Assembly (NCBI RefSeq): GCF_026210795.1 | Contig: NC_089432.1 | Span: forward strand, 2,170,001 to 2,234,000 | Direction: 5' to 3' | From: Rhizophagus irregularis | Taxonomy: Eukaryota | DNA length: 64,000 nucleotides | In this document: positions 50,449 to 64,000 of the stretch, in pieces | Layout of the letters: every line of letters begins with the position of its first letter | How positions within the stretch are numbered: position 1 is the first letter of the stretch | Notes under the pieces: model-generated | The model's database searches: none | What the model saw: only the letters and a program-made list of their open reading frames with translations | What the model was told of the DNA's origin: nothing | Position numbers and translations under genes: made by a program

Positions 50449-50766
50449 TATGGCAAGCCAGGACAGACAAAATTGCGTTTATTTTACGCATATTTTTACT
50501 AAGCGTTTATTTTTACATTTAAACGTTTATAATTTTTTTTACAAATATGGGATTTCAATTAAACGCTTATAAATTTTTTTTCATAAATTTATTATTTCTA
50601 TAAAAATTCTTTTTCATAACACAAAATTTAAATGTGGAATCTAAATAATTAATACTTAAAAATAATTAAATATGAAAATAAACGTTTAAAACCATACTTT
50701 AAGCGCTAAACAAGTATTTAATAAACTTAATAATAAACGTAATTTTATCTTTCCTGGGTTGCCAGA
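50449..50766. mobile_element. Short MITE with TATGGCAAGCC terminus, related to foldback A
   Basis: TATGGCAAGCCAGGACAGACAAAATT versus AATTTTATCTTTCCTGGGTTGCCAGA; TAAACT on both flanks (1-nt offset on the right). Confidence 0.65.
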
Positions 50767-51896
50767 ATAAACTTATAAATACGTTTAAAGCTGTGACTTA
50801 TACGTCTAAACATGTTTAAATAAACGTATATCATTCCATATATACTACTATTAACCGATATTCTAAGTTAGTAAATCAGTAGTAAATCAGTTAGTTTAAA
50901 TCTTTAGTTTGAAATGGTTTAATTATAAATAAATAAATTTAGAAAAAATTTATTTATTTTAATAAAGAAGACCGATTAATGACCGTGACCATTACAATCA
51001 CTAGTATTATAATAATTTAATTGGGCAATAACGATAATAAAAATGTTATACTATAAACTAAATTAATAAAATTATGTAATATGAAAATCCAGCCGATTTT
51101 AAATACCCTTTACTTATCAGTTAGTTATATACAGTATACAGTATATTTTTATTTGTTATAACTTGTCGTTAAAATAAATATATAATAATGCCCTATACTA
51201 CTATAAAACTAACAAAACTATATACCTAACTACTAATATTAATTATTTTTATTTTCATTTATTATACATTGGAATTTTTCACGATCTTCTCTAGTTCTCT
51301 ATAATCCTCTTCGTTAACGCGCTTCTTCGAATAGTTTGTTATTTCATCCTCGTATTATAATCTACTTCGAAAGACACGTTTAAACATTCATATTCTTGAA
51401 CTTTTTATATTAGAACGTCTCGTTTAACCGCTTCTTCTCATTCTTTCCTTGATATATCAATCTTGTAATTGCTGATCCAAAACGTTTATGGACGAAGCTC
51501 GGTTAGTATTTAATTCAAATCTCTTAATATTTGGATAAGTATGAACTGTCCAAACTTTTCCAAGTCCTCCTTGTTTTATGGAGTTCGTTATCTCTTCTTC
51601 TATTCTTTCTTGATTTGTAAAAGTCGCCAAGAGTACCACTTTCCATTAAATCTTATTTTTTTACCCTTTATAGTCTTGTTTCAAAATATTTCCATAACCT
51701 CAATAATCTCAAGCTCCTGTTTTATTCTCTTCTTCTTTTTCAAAAAATTTATATTCTTGTCACTTATATGCTTCTTTTATGTCCTTGAGCGAAGTATTTA
51801 TGCTGGATCCCGTTTATATTCAATCCGACGAACGACATTTCTTTGACTGCGAAATCATTGTTATAATCCTTCAATGATTTCATTTCAGCTTTAACG

Positions 51897-53453
51897 CCCT
51901 ATAAGAAATATGTATATGGTAAGGATACGTTTTGTATACATTTTATGTACGTTTCTATAGTTTCCATATACAAATTCCGTATATTTAATAAGCAATTCAT
52001 TTTTGAACATTTTTTAAAAAAACTAATGTATACGGAAAAAATCAATCATACGGAATGTATACGGAATTTAATATTTTTAGAAAATAATTTCGTATCATAA
52101 CACGAGATCACGTGATTGTTTATTGTTTTGTTATGATACGTTTTTTGTTTTTTATATAAACCCTTACTTTAATGAGTTTGATCTTCTGTCTTTCCCTTCC
52201 TTCTCTTTTCTCTTGTCTTATTTTTGTTATTTTTCTAAATTTTTCTTCTTTTTTCGTCACCCCCCTTTTAAAAAAAAATTTTTTTTTCGTACCTCACTTT
52301 AAAATTTTTTTTTTTCATCACTCTCCTTTAAAAAAAAATTTTTTTTTCGTCACTCCCTTAAAAAAAAAATTTTTTTTTGATTTTATTCTTTTATTCCCAC
52401 TATTCCCACACTTCTTTTTTTTTAAAAAAAATTTTCTTCTTTCTATTTCTATTTCCTCTTTATAAAAATTTTTTATTTTTCTAACTTTGACGTCCTCCCT
52501 TTAAAAAAAAAATTTTTTTTTTAACTTTCCTAACTTCGTTACCCTCTTTTTAAAAAAATATTTTTTTTTGATTTATTCTTTATTCCCCTTTCTTTTTTAT
52601 TTATATACTGTATATCCCTTTTTTTATTTCATAGGCCAGCAGATTTTTTTTTGTGAGAAGATTCAGTTTCTTTTTTCTTTTTTGTAGATCAGTTTGGGAG
52701 TCCTTTCCTTTTTGTAGGATTGTTTAGGATTTTTTTCTTTTTTTAGGTCAGTTCAAATTTTCTTTTTTTTTTTTGTAAGTTGGGTTCAGATTCTTTTCTT
52801 TTTGTAGGTTGTTTCAGTTTTGTTGCTTCAGAGTCTTCTTTTTTTGTAGGTCAGTTTTGGATTTATTTTGTTGTTTTGGCTTCTTTTTCATCAGATGCTT
52901 CATAATTCTTTTCATTTATGTAGGTCAGACATTCTGGAGTTCTCTTTCTTTTTTTGTAGGAATGCTGACCTTTGGTGACTTGGACGATTGCAGATACTAT
53001 ATGAAGGGGGGGTTTTGTTTCCAATTAAGTTAGACGTTCTTATGTTTCTTTTTTTTGTTTTTTTTTTAGGTTGTTTGACTCCAAATGAACCTGAACTCAT
53101 AGATAATTTTGGTTGCAATAGGTGGTTTTAATAAGGAGGGAATTTTCATAATGTATTTGTATTTTGTTTATTTTTTATTTTTTATTTAATTTAATAAAGT
53201 AAAATTAGATTTATGTAAATATATTATAGTAAACTGTAATACAAATAGTAAATTCAGTGACCAAATCGTATAAATTTCGTGATAAAATCAGTGATCAAAT
53301 CATGTAAATTCCATATGAATTCCGTGCAAATTCCGCATATTTTAGTGATACGGAATTGTGCATTTTTCCGTATCCTATTATGATACGTTATTTCTAAGGA
53401 AAAAAAATCGTATAAAAACTTTATAAAAAACGTATCCCGATTTTTTTATAGGG
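51897..53453 (+). mobile_element. Non-autonomous CMC/CACTA-type element
   Basis: CCCTATAA...TTATAGGG termini, 3-bp TSD ACG (51894-51896 and 53454-53456), subterminal ATACG/CGTAT motifs, T-rich interior. Confidence 0.8.
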
Positions 53454-53909
53454 ACGGTTTGAAATTTATAAGATTTTTAATCTTTAGACTTTTAAATATC
53501 CTAACGCTTTTAAACTTAAGTGACTACAACTTGTCAACTTGTGCCAAAATAATAAATCACGTGATTCTCTTACTGTACCAAAATTAATAAAATCTGATTC
53601 TTTTACTGTGCATATCTTCCTTTTGCTAACCAGAATAATTTCGGTAAATTATTCATGCGATTTTTTAGATTTTTTCGATTCTTAGAAGGTTTACCGCTAA
53701 TCTTTTTTATGCCTCCTTAAGTTTATATTTCACAATTACGCCTTTGTTTATTTCTGTGTAACAACAATTCTCGTGAATTATTCCGATAATTTATAAATGT
53801 AAATGAATGATCGACAAGCGACATAAACCTTCAATACTATAAATATAATTTTTTTTTTCACGAATATATTTTCACTAAATCTTAAGTGTCAAACTTCTGT
53901 AATTTAAAT

Positions 53910-56216
53910 ATGTCCGGATTTACTCTACCAATAACAGTTACCGGAGATTCATATAATGAGTGTATTAATTGGCTTGAAGAAGCTATTGGTAAAAAATATA
54001 TTAAATATTATGAATACAACCACTTTAACAATATTAAAGAAATTGGTTCCGGAAGCTTTGGAACTGTCTACCGTGCGAAATGGAAAAATTCTCGCAGTTA
54101 TATGGCGTTAAAATCTTTTTTTAATTTAAATAACGTTACAATTAAAGAAATTGTTAATGAGGTAATAATAACGTAATATAATATGTTATTTTCATTTATT
54201 GTAATTCTAATAATTCTAATTTAAAATTATTTTCATGGTTTAGCTTAAACTTCAGCGTGAAGTGGATTTCCATGAGAATATTATTCGTTTTTTTGGAGTT
54301 ACAACACGTATGATAAATATTATATTATGGTAATATCAATTTTATAAAATTTGAACTAAAGTTAAATGATTATTTTTTTTAATAGAAAATCAAAATGATA
54401 ATTTTAAAAAATATTGGTTAGTGATGGAGTATGCTAATAATGGTACTCTTCATGAATATTTGAAGAAACATTTTGATACTATTACCTGGAATGATAAATT
54501 CAACATAGCACTTCAGTTAGCTCATGCTGTATTATGCCTCCATGATGAAGGAATCGTTCATCGTGATCTGGTAATTCATTTATTTATATTTACTAATTTA
54601 TTGTGTCAAATTTATATATTAATTCATTTATTTGACATATTTAAATATTAAATAGCACTCTAAAAACATATTAGTCCATCAAAATACCATCAAGTTGGCA
54701 GATTTTGGACTGTCAAAAAGGATTGATGAATCATATAGGACGCGATCAGATTTACTTGGTGTAGTTCCATATATTGATCCAAAAAAATTTAATATACAAC
54801 CATATTCTTTAGATAAAAAAAGTGATATTTATAGTATTGGTGTACTTATGTGGGAGATATCAAGTGGTCAGCCACCTTTTGATGAAATATCGTCTTATGG
54901 TTTAATTGTACGAATTCCACAAGGTCTTAGAGAAACACCTGTTCCCGACACGCCTACTGCTTATGTTAATCTTTATACTGGTATGTGTTATTATCGAATG
55001 CTACTAAAATTATCATTATTTTGATCAGATAAAAATCATTTTTTTTTTTAGAATGTTGGGATGGAGAACCGGATAATCGTCCTACTATCAGCCAAGTAGT
55101 TGCTAAGTTAAAAGTATTAAATAGTAGTAGTCAAATTAATAATAATTTTGGTAAAATTGTTGATGAGATAATTAATCTTCCTAATAAGACAGGAGATGAA
55201 GTAGAAAAACAAGAAATTCTTAATTATCTCAAAAATCATAATGTGACTTTAAAAGAAATTTATAATTGGTTATTAAATGATCAAAATAATACGAATTCTA
55301 TTGTTCTACTTGGAGATTTTAATCTTTTTGGAATTGAAATAATTGAAATTAATGTTGATAAAAAAGAGGCATTTGAATTATATCAAAAGGCTGCAAATTT
55401 AGGGAATACAGATGGAATAAATAGTTTGGCATTTTGTTATGAAGATGGAATTGGAACCGATATTGATAAGAGAAAAGCATTTGAATTATATCAAAAGGCA
55501 GCAGATTTAGGAAATGCAACTGGAATAACTAATTTAGGACGTTGTTATCAGTATGGAATTGGAACTGATATTGATAAAAGAAAAGCATTTGAACTTTATC
55601 AACAGGCTTCATATTTAGGAAAGACATCTGGAATAAATAAGTTAGGATATTGTTATGAAAGTGGAATTGGAACCGATATTGATAAGAGAAAAGCATTTGA
55701 ATTATATCAAAAGGCGGCAGATTTAGGAAATGCAACTGGAATAAACGAAATAGGATATTGTTATGAAAATGGAATTGGAACCAATATTAATAAGAAAAAG
55801 GCATTTGAATTATATCAAAAGGCGGCAGATTTAGGAAATGCAACTGGAATAAACAATCTAGGATATTGTTATGAAAGTGGAATTGGAACCAATATCGATA
55901 AGAAAAAGGCATTTGAATTATATCAAAAGGCAGCAAAATTAGAACTTCAGCTGGAATAGATAATTTAGGATATTGCTATGAAAATGGAATTGGAATCAGA
56001 AGGGATAAGAAAGGGGCACTTGAATTATGCCAAAAGGCATCTAATTTAGGAGATAGTATAGCACAATATAACCTTGCTCTAATGTATGAATATGGGGGAA
56101 GAGTTTCTAGGAATATAGATCAAGCGATTTATTGGTATGAAAGATCTGCTGAACAAGGAGATCCAAATACTCATCATAATAAATTGAAAAAAAGTTTAAA
56201 AAGAAAAAGGAAATAA
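53910..56216 (+). CDS. TKL-type kinase-SEL1 protein with a frameshift in the late SEL1 repeats
   Basis: Five exons in frame; GSGSFG, ALK, HRDLHSKN, DFG. The ORF stops at 55959, but SEL1 coding resumes in another frame ([13 protein letters not shown]...) to TAA at 56216. Confidence 0.85.
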
Positions 56217-57595
56217 TATGCATATGGTCACGTTCATTAACTGCTGGTCATGATAAAGGATTATTTTACCCATTATAATTTATAATAGAATAAAATAAGT
56301 AGAATCCATTTTTAATTTATCATTAGCTTTTATATAAAAGTAAAAGCATTTTCGTTTCTCCACTTTCTCAAAATTTATCATAATAACATTAACTCTGGAA
56401 ATAAACTTGGGATAATATTGTTTGGAGTGGGGGAGCAGAATTTATTAAGGTGGTTTAAATATTTTTGAATTATGGTTTAATTAAACATTTAAACTTGAAT
56501 CAGAATGTTGGCGTTCTGATTTCTGGAACAGCGTTAATTTATCGCCATGGTATGGTTGTATATTCAAATATCAATATTCGTCCAGTTTTCTTGTTCTTTT
56601 TTTTTCATTCAAATATAGCTGCGTACACCATTTTGAAAATGGCGATAAATGGTTGCTTAGACGCATAAGTCACATCCTTAAACATTTATTTTTATGATTT
56701 GAACGTTTAATTGTAATTTGAACGTTTATTTTATTTGCTTGGTAGTTGGTTTTTGGTTATTTTAGATTTTCATATTTGATATATTATACGTATATTATTA
56801 AATGTATATTATTATACGTAATTAAACTTATTTATCGCATAATAAATAATGGTATTGCTAAACATAACCGGTGGTGATGGTGAAATTATGGTGTAATGCC
56901 GGCCAGTATTTTAAATCTGGTTGAAAATACATCATAATGCTGGTACGGTGACCATCTGAGCTTTAGCAATTCACTAAATAAATACCATTAGAACTCAAGT
57001 ATTTTAAAAATTCCGGTGCAATAAAACTTGTTTAACTAATTTTCATTTCTTTTGTTGATTTTCTAAAATGCTAGAAAAGCATGATCTATATATAATATAA
57101 TGAATCCAAATGGTTAGAACAAATTTTTTTTTTTTTATAAAAAAATGATGTTTATGTGTTCATACTTCGGAAAAGGATATGGAAGTTATATAATAAAATG
57201 GGTAAATAAAAATATATATAAATTAACTTATAAGTTTAAACCGTTTAAATATCCAAAGTAACTGTGTAACTTTGTTATTTTCAATTACCGACGTCGGGAT
57301 TTGTCGATTTTGAAGATTTAACTAGTAGCTATTCATGGATAAGTTTTTATTTGGCTGTTCACTATGAGATATACAGACTGCGTGTTTAATAGTATACCTA
57401 TATTTTTTTCTCTTTGTTTTACAGCATGTAACATTACTGATAATCATGTGATTATAACGCTTTTACCTACAGTAATTTTGTAATATTCTTTATTTTAAAT
57501 TGAATGTCATTTAAGTTTAAAAGAAAAATAATTATATAAAATAGATAAAATTTTGAATGATTTAAATGTTTTACAATTTAATAATTAAAGAAAAA

Positions 57596-59777
57596 TTACA
57601 ATAAATTATTGATTTTTCCCTGAAGCTTATTTAAATTATTCCTTGCTAACAAATTTCCTTGTTTGGCAGATTTTTCATACCAATATATCGCTTTATCTAT
57701 ATCTTTTGAAATTCCATCTCCTGCTTCATACATTAAAGCAAGATTATTTTGTGCTATATCATGTCCTAAATTTGCAGCATTTTGATATAATTCAAAAGCT
57801 TTATTATAATCTATTTCAACACCATGTCCATTTTTATAATAATAACCAAGATTACATATTGCCAATAAGTTTCCATTATTTGCAGCTTTTTCATACCAAT
57901 AAAAAGCCTTTTCAAAATCTCTTTTAACAACTATTCCATTTTCATAGCAATAACCAAGATTTAATTGGCCATATGATAAATTTTTATTAGCCACTTTTTC
58001 ATAATATTCAAAAGCTAATTTATCGTTTTTCATAGTTCCATATCCAAATTCATAACAATGACCAATAAAATATTGTGCTAAAATATGATCTTTTTCTGAT
58101 ACATCAATAAACAAATTAAATGCTTTCTCAATATTTTCATTATTTTCATTTGTTATGATTCCATAATAATTAAAATATCCAAGAATAAAAATAGAATTAG
58201 AACTATTTTGATTATTTAATAACCAACTATAAAATTCTTGTGAATTTATATTATGATTATAAAAATATTCAATAACTCGTTTTTGTGATTCCCGTCCAAA
58301 TCCTTTAATATTTAATTCAGTAATAAAGTCATTTATTTCATCAGCTATCATGCTAAAATCTTTTTCAGTTGAATGATTTTCTTGTTTACTTGATATTGCC
58401 ATAGAATCAATTTCTTTTGTATTCATTTTATTAAAATTTTGAATAAGTTGAGATAAATCTCCTTGCAATTCTGAATTATTACTGCTTAAAGAAGTCTCAT
58501 TAAGTTCTAGTTCATTTGTTATTTGATGATCTTCTACTATTTCTACTATTACATCTTTTTTTGTAATTATTGCATTTAGCCAATCAACTACTTGATATAT
58601 AGTTGGACGATTATCTGGTTCCCCATCCCAACATTCTAAAAAAAAAATTAATAATATTCAAATTATAAAAATTCAAAACATAAAATTATTACTTACTGGT
58701 ATAAATTTTAACATATTCATCAGGTGTATCAGGAACAACAGTTTCTCTATGGCCTTGTGAAATATCCAAAGCTAAACCAATGTCATATTGTTCACCTTCA
58801 ACATAAAAAGGAGGTTGACCGCTGGATATCTCCCATAGTAATACGCCTAAACTATAAATATCGCTTTTTTCATTCAATGAATACATTTGTGTTGATTGGT
58901 TATTATTTCTTCGTCTATTAAAACTTTTTGGGTCGACGTAAGGAACTATCCCAAATAATTTAGATTGAAAATTTGATGATGCTCCAATTCTTTTGGATAA
59001 TCCAAAATCCGCTAATTTAATTGTGTTATTACGTACAAGTATATTACAGGAGTGCTATTAATAAACGTATATTCAGATAAGTAATACAGTATAGTATCAT
59101 TAATAATCGAATAATGTAAAATAAATTACCAAATCATGATGCACTATTCCTTCGTTATGTAAGCATGATACAGCGCAAGATAACTGGTATGCCATTTTAT
59201 ATTTGTCGTCCCAAGAAAGTTTGGTAAAGTTTTCCTTCAAATAACATCGAAGACTACCACCGTCGGCGTACTCCATTACTAACCAATAATTATTATGATT
59301 ATCTAATGAAAAAAAATCATTAAAATGCATTTCTTTGAATTTTGCGATTAACAAGAATATCATATTTATTAAAGATAACTTCGGCCAATAATACCTGTCT
59401 CGAGTTTTGTTATCCCATAGCAACGAATAATGTTATCATGAAAATCAACTTCTCGTTGAATTTTTAACTAAAATAAAATTCAAATATTTAAATAAGTATA
59501 ATAAATAAATATAATCATAAATAAAAAAAAATGTATTATATCGAATTACCTCACAAACAATTTCTTTCACGGTGACGTTATCAAGACTAAAAAAAGATTT
59601 TAACGCAAATTGTTTTTCTGATTTTTTCCAATTTGCACGATATACTTTTCCGAAACCTCCGGTACCAATATGTTGAATATTATTAAATTGCTGGTATTCA
59701 TAAAATTTAAAATATTCTTTATCAACAGCTTCCTCAATCCAATTGACCCATTCATTTGTATACTCGGTATCTTGCAT
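57596..59777 (-). CDS. TKL-type kinase with about 5 divergent SEL1 repeats, apparently intact
   Basis: GTGGFG, ALK, HHDLHSCN, DFG, SDIYSLG; same intron positions as the paralogues. Confidence 0.9.
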
Positions 59778-60201
59778 TTTGATATTATCAAATGTTATTG
59801 AACGTATTGAATAATTATAAGTTAACAGTGAAGTTAGAAAAAAATAAAAAGTAAAAATTTTATTGTATGCCTATTTTATGTTTTTTTTCTCCGATGATAG
59901 TCGTACAAGCGTACGGCGTGATTTAGTATTACCTGCTACCAAACAAAAAAACCAGTAGATCTCACCTACGCAGAAATTTTCACTTATATAATGACGTTAT
60001 CAAGAATTTTTTTTTAAAAAAAAATTACTATAAATTGTAGCTATATATATTTTTCCTTTATTAGTATTACAAAAAATTAACAAATAATCAATCGTAATTT
60101 TACCACAAAAGCAGTACGTCAATAAAGGGTTACCCAATCATATCCTAATTATTTATGATTCTTAATTTAACTTTTTAATTAAAATCTATACTAACTATTT
60201 A

Positions 60202-60435
60202 AGGACCCAGAAATATATATAAAAGGGTCAGGTTTGAGTTTGCATATTTTGTACTAAAAAAATCATGAAAATCTTTCCTTTATTAGATAATTTTTGATAA
60301 TGCCGGTCAGAATTTTATTTCTTATTATAGTAACTGGCTAACATTATCATAATTCCGGCCCTGAAAAAATGCTTACAGCTCATAGTAAAAAAATTTTTTC
60401 GTCACCTGACCCCTATATATATATTTCTAGGTCCT
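60202..60435. mobile_element. 234-bp MITE with 8-bp TSD
   Basis: AGGACCCAGAAATATATAT...ATATATTTCTAGGTCCT, about 32-bp TIRs; ACTATTTA at 60194-60201 and 60436-60443. Confidence 0.8.
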
Positions 60436-60644
60436 ACTATTTACGTCCCTACACAAAAGATACTTTATTGACCACCTTACCACTTCCTTTTATTCTTCTT
60501 TTTCTTCGACTTAACGTTTTCTTTCCCTTTCCTACCCCATTAGCCCCTTCATTTGTTACATTCACTATCACTCTCATTACTACTCCTCTTTGCTACTTTG
60601 CTTTTGTCTGACTTTTCCGTCACCTGAAATCTCTTCTTTTTTAA

Positions 60645-60816
60645 TTTCGGTGAAACAGGTTTCGGCGAAATAGACATTCGGCAAAATGTCTTCGGCGAAA
60701 TTGGTTTCGGCGAAATGTCCCTTCGGTGGAATGGCCCTTTGGCGAAACCTTCAGTGAAACATCCCTTCGGCGAAATGGCTTCGGCGAAATGGCTTTCGGC
60801 AAAATGTCCTGATACC
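60645..60816. repeat. Tandem array of about 15-16-bp units with a TTCGGCGAAA core, about 11 copies
   Basis: Directly visible; quasi-palindromic core; probably the subterminal array of a DNA transposon end. Confidence 0.85.
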
Positions 60817-62147
60817 GAAGATCTGTTATATTATAAGATTCGTTATATCAAAATTCGGTATAAGAAAAGTTGGCTGTAAAATCTATGCATCATACATGGT
60901 TGACAAATCAGAACAAAGAGCTTTCATTGCCATCAACTATTTTCCTCCAAGCTTCTTTTGGAATCCTATAAAAAAATTCGGGAAAAAGCACTGACAAATG
61001 ATAGTTTTTATTCCGAAGAAACTCAGACACTTGATCATTTTTCTGAAAAATTTTTTATAAGGTCACTTCTCTTAGATATTGCGAATATATTGTTTGATCA
61101 AATGAATTAATGTACTGTACGATCTCTAGTTAAAGTTTTCTTCCAAACAACTGTCACTAATATTGTTCTCACTAAATAATCAAATTTTTTATCAAGACAA
61201 TTAATCATCTTGAGAAAGTGGTGAAACGAAATTACTGTTACTTTTATATTATTTTGTCATTGTTTCTATAAATATATACCGTTAGAATTCTGGGCTCAAT
61301 AAGACGCAATATTATAAAAATTCTTGTGCATAAAATTTGTTTAATTTTAATTTCTTTAGTTGAATTTTCTAAAATACCCTAGAAAAGCATGATCATGATC
61401 AAAATTAATAAATACATTTATTATACATATAACATAATGAATACAATGATCAGAACGGATTTTTTTTTATTTGTCTTATCTGTACACTTGTATTACTAGT
61501 TCTTATTGAATAATTATCGTTAAATCATTTGGCCGGTATGATCTTTTAAGAATTTTTTTAATTTGTTCAACGCGCTTTATTGATAGTAGTGAAGAACGAG
61601 TCACTACTGCGAATAATTACAACTTATTAATGCATATTTTTATATAAATTATTTTTAAAAATTCTTGTGTTACTTCGGAAAAGACCAGTTAATAACCGTG
61701 ACCGTTGCCATTATCAGTATTAATTTAATGATAATAAAAAATGTTATGATTATAAACTAACCTGATTAATAAAATTATAATATCCATCGATTTAAACTGG
61801 GTTAAACCGTTTGAATATCTCCAAGATCTCTGTGTAACTTTATAAATTCACATGAACACGTGAGACTTCGATCTTCAAAATGAATTGCAAATTTATCTTT
61901 CTTGTCATGTACGACATACTATCTTATACGACCTATATTATGTGACATATACGTTGTATAAGATCATAGCACCTGATCGTATAAGAACGATACATTTGCA
62001 TCTGTGATACGTAACAATTAATAAAAGGCTGAAAATGATCGACAAGTGACTGTTTTGGTAATAAAAGCCAATACTGTGAATACAAAATTTTTTTCACAGA
62101 TATATTGTTACTAAAGCATAAGTCTTCTAACTTCTGCAATTTCAAGA

Positions 62148-62870
62148 TGTCTGGATCTTTTACACCTACAATAGTTACCAGAAATTCATATAATGAATAT
62201 ATTAATTGGATTGAAGAAGCTATTACGAAACAATACTTTAAATACTATGAATATAATAATTTTAACAACATTGAAGAAGGAAGCTTCGGAACAGTCTACC
62301 GTGAAAACTGGAAAAATGCTTCAAGTTATATAGCGTTAAATCTTTTTTTAATTTAAACAATGTTACAATTAAAGAAATTGTTAATGAGGTAATAATAACG
62401 TAATATAAGTAGCTAATTTAGGAAATTGCTATTGGAATGGAGACAGAACTGATGTCGATAAAAAGAAGGCATTTGAATCATATCAAAAGGCAGCAAACTT
62501 AGATGATGCTAATGGAATATTTAATTTAGGATATTGTTACCAATATGGAATTGGAACTGATGTTAATAAAAAAAGGGCATTTGAATTATTTCAAAAGGCT
62601 TCAAATTTAGGAGATTCATCTGGAATATGTGGTTTAGGATATTATTATGATAATTGAATTGGAGCTGATATCAATAATAAAAGAGCATTTGAATTATATC
62701 AAAATGCAGCAGATTTAGGAAATAGTATTGCTCAATATAATCTTGCTTTAATGTATGAATATGATATTGGAATTGATAAAAATAAGGATCTAACACTATA
62801 TTAGCTTAAAAAATCTGCAGAGCAAGGAGACAGTATATTGCTCAGAAGAGACTAAAGAAATTTAAATAGT
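62148..62870 (+). pseudogene. Internally deleted kinase-SEL1 paralogue of the 53910 gene
   Basis: Exon 1 and the start of intron 1 match 53910-54175, then the sequence jumps at about 62405 into SEL1 repeats containing stops. Confidence 0.85.
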
Positions 62871-64000
62871 ATGTTTATTAATTCAATTTATAAGACTTTT
62901 GTAATTAATATATTGATGTCTTTTTAAGAAATAATATTTTATTTTATTTTATTTTGACTAATAAAGTTTACAGTTTATTTGATGATAATATCAAATAAAA
63001 GTAATGATTAAATAAGTTCCAAAATAATTAACATTATACTTTATACATGCAGAATTAGGAATATTAACTGTCAGTTTCAAGTTTAAAACCATGGTTTTCA
63101 ATCAAAACAAAACTGACCTCAAAACTGACTGATAAAAACTGAACTGCAAAATTGATCTACAAAACTGAATAAAAGTATAACTTTGTTTAATCATGTTCTT
63201 TGAATTTACTTGATTTTCTTTACAATGGTAATACAGATCATGTGATTTTTTGGTGATGCAACCAATCACAAAATCAACACACTTAACGACCATAAAAGCA
63301 GGATTTGTTTCCTGATTTGTGCACATGACCCGGATGATTATTTTAAACTTTTTTATTGATCTATCAAACAATCAAACAACACCACCTTTTCTTTCTTTTA
63401 CCAAATTTATATAACTAAAAAAATTTGTCTGACGTTTGGATTAGTCTCTGTATCAGTAATTTGAATTGTGTAACTTGAAATAATTAAACCCCGTGACATG
63501 CCTCCGCTTGATCTATTTATTGTCAATAACTGTGTGCATTCCAATCAACTAATCCGATTTCAGTTAATAAAATATTACCTTAATCGGAATTTTTTTTTTG
63601 ATTCCCGTTAAATAATCCCTATTATTTTTTTTCGATCTTTTTTTTTAGACCGTATTGTTATTTTTCTTTAAAAAAATTTTTTTTTCACTCTTTTTGGATC
63701 GGATTATTGTCCTTTTTTTCAGAATTTTTTTTCGTACTTATTTTTTATTTTCGTACTTATTTTTTATTTTTGGATTCCTTTTTTCGGAAATTTCCCTTTT
63801 TTTTAAACTGATTTCTTTCTTTATACTTTTTCTTCCCCCAAATTTTTTTTAAATTCATTTTATTATTAAATAAAAAATAAAATATTATATTAAATATATT
63901 TACAAAATTATTATTTTTTTTTAAAAAAATCAATATAACATATGGGAAAATTGACCGACGTTGATGGAAAGATGAGTAAGATTTTTTAAATTAAATTGAA

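Noticed and set aside
51280..51890. Decayed minus-strand coding-like sequence next to the CMC element
   Set aside because: Multiple stops and no identifiable family.
52172..53118. ORFs within the CMC element
   Set aside because: T-rich low complexity with no transposase motifs.
60645..60816. CRISPR-like array
   Set aside because: Units are only about 15 bp with 4-6 nt linkers; eukaryotic context; no cas genes.
63102..63852. Terminal short ORFs
   Set aside because: Non-ATG starts, no recognisable domain, partly low complexity.

Overview
Very AT-rich eukaryotic DNA with short GT-AG introns. The gene content (TKL-type kinases with an H[R/H]DLH catalytic loop fused to SEL1 repeats, RNF213-like and TRP-like genes, small secreted proteins) points to an arbuscular mycorrhizal fungus (Glomeromycota, Rhizophagus-like); this is inferred from family knowledge. 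The window is a repeat-rich accessory region. Mobile elements with readable boundaries: an intact six-exon MULE transposon (128-bp TIRs, 9-bp TSD); two adjacent 2-3.6 kb foldback elements with TATGGC termini and 6-bp TSDs (IS3EU-like), one carrying nested insertions; a 5'-truncated poly(A)-tailed retro-insertion with a 12-bp TSD inside a Helentron/DINE-like element; a hAT MITE splitting a secreted-protein gene; a CMC/CACTA-type element; several MITEs. Genes: a cluster of kinase-SEL1 paralogues in various stages of decay, a decayed in-frame kinase::RNF213-like chimera, a Tse2-like ADP-ribosyltransferase with acidic repeats and a C-terminal membrane anchor, a truncated histone H1, three decayed KH-domain paralogues, a Gly/Ala-rich beta-type protein and an unannotated two-exon secreted peptide. 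No rRNA, tRNA or CRISPR was recognised. Most short ORFs in the track are artefacts of low complexity and non-ATG starts. Family assignments come from motif recognition by eye, not database searches.
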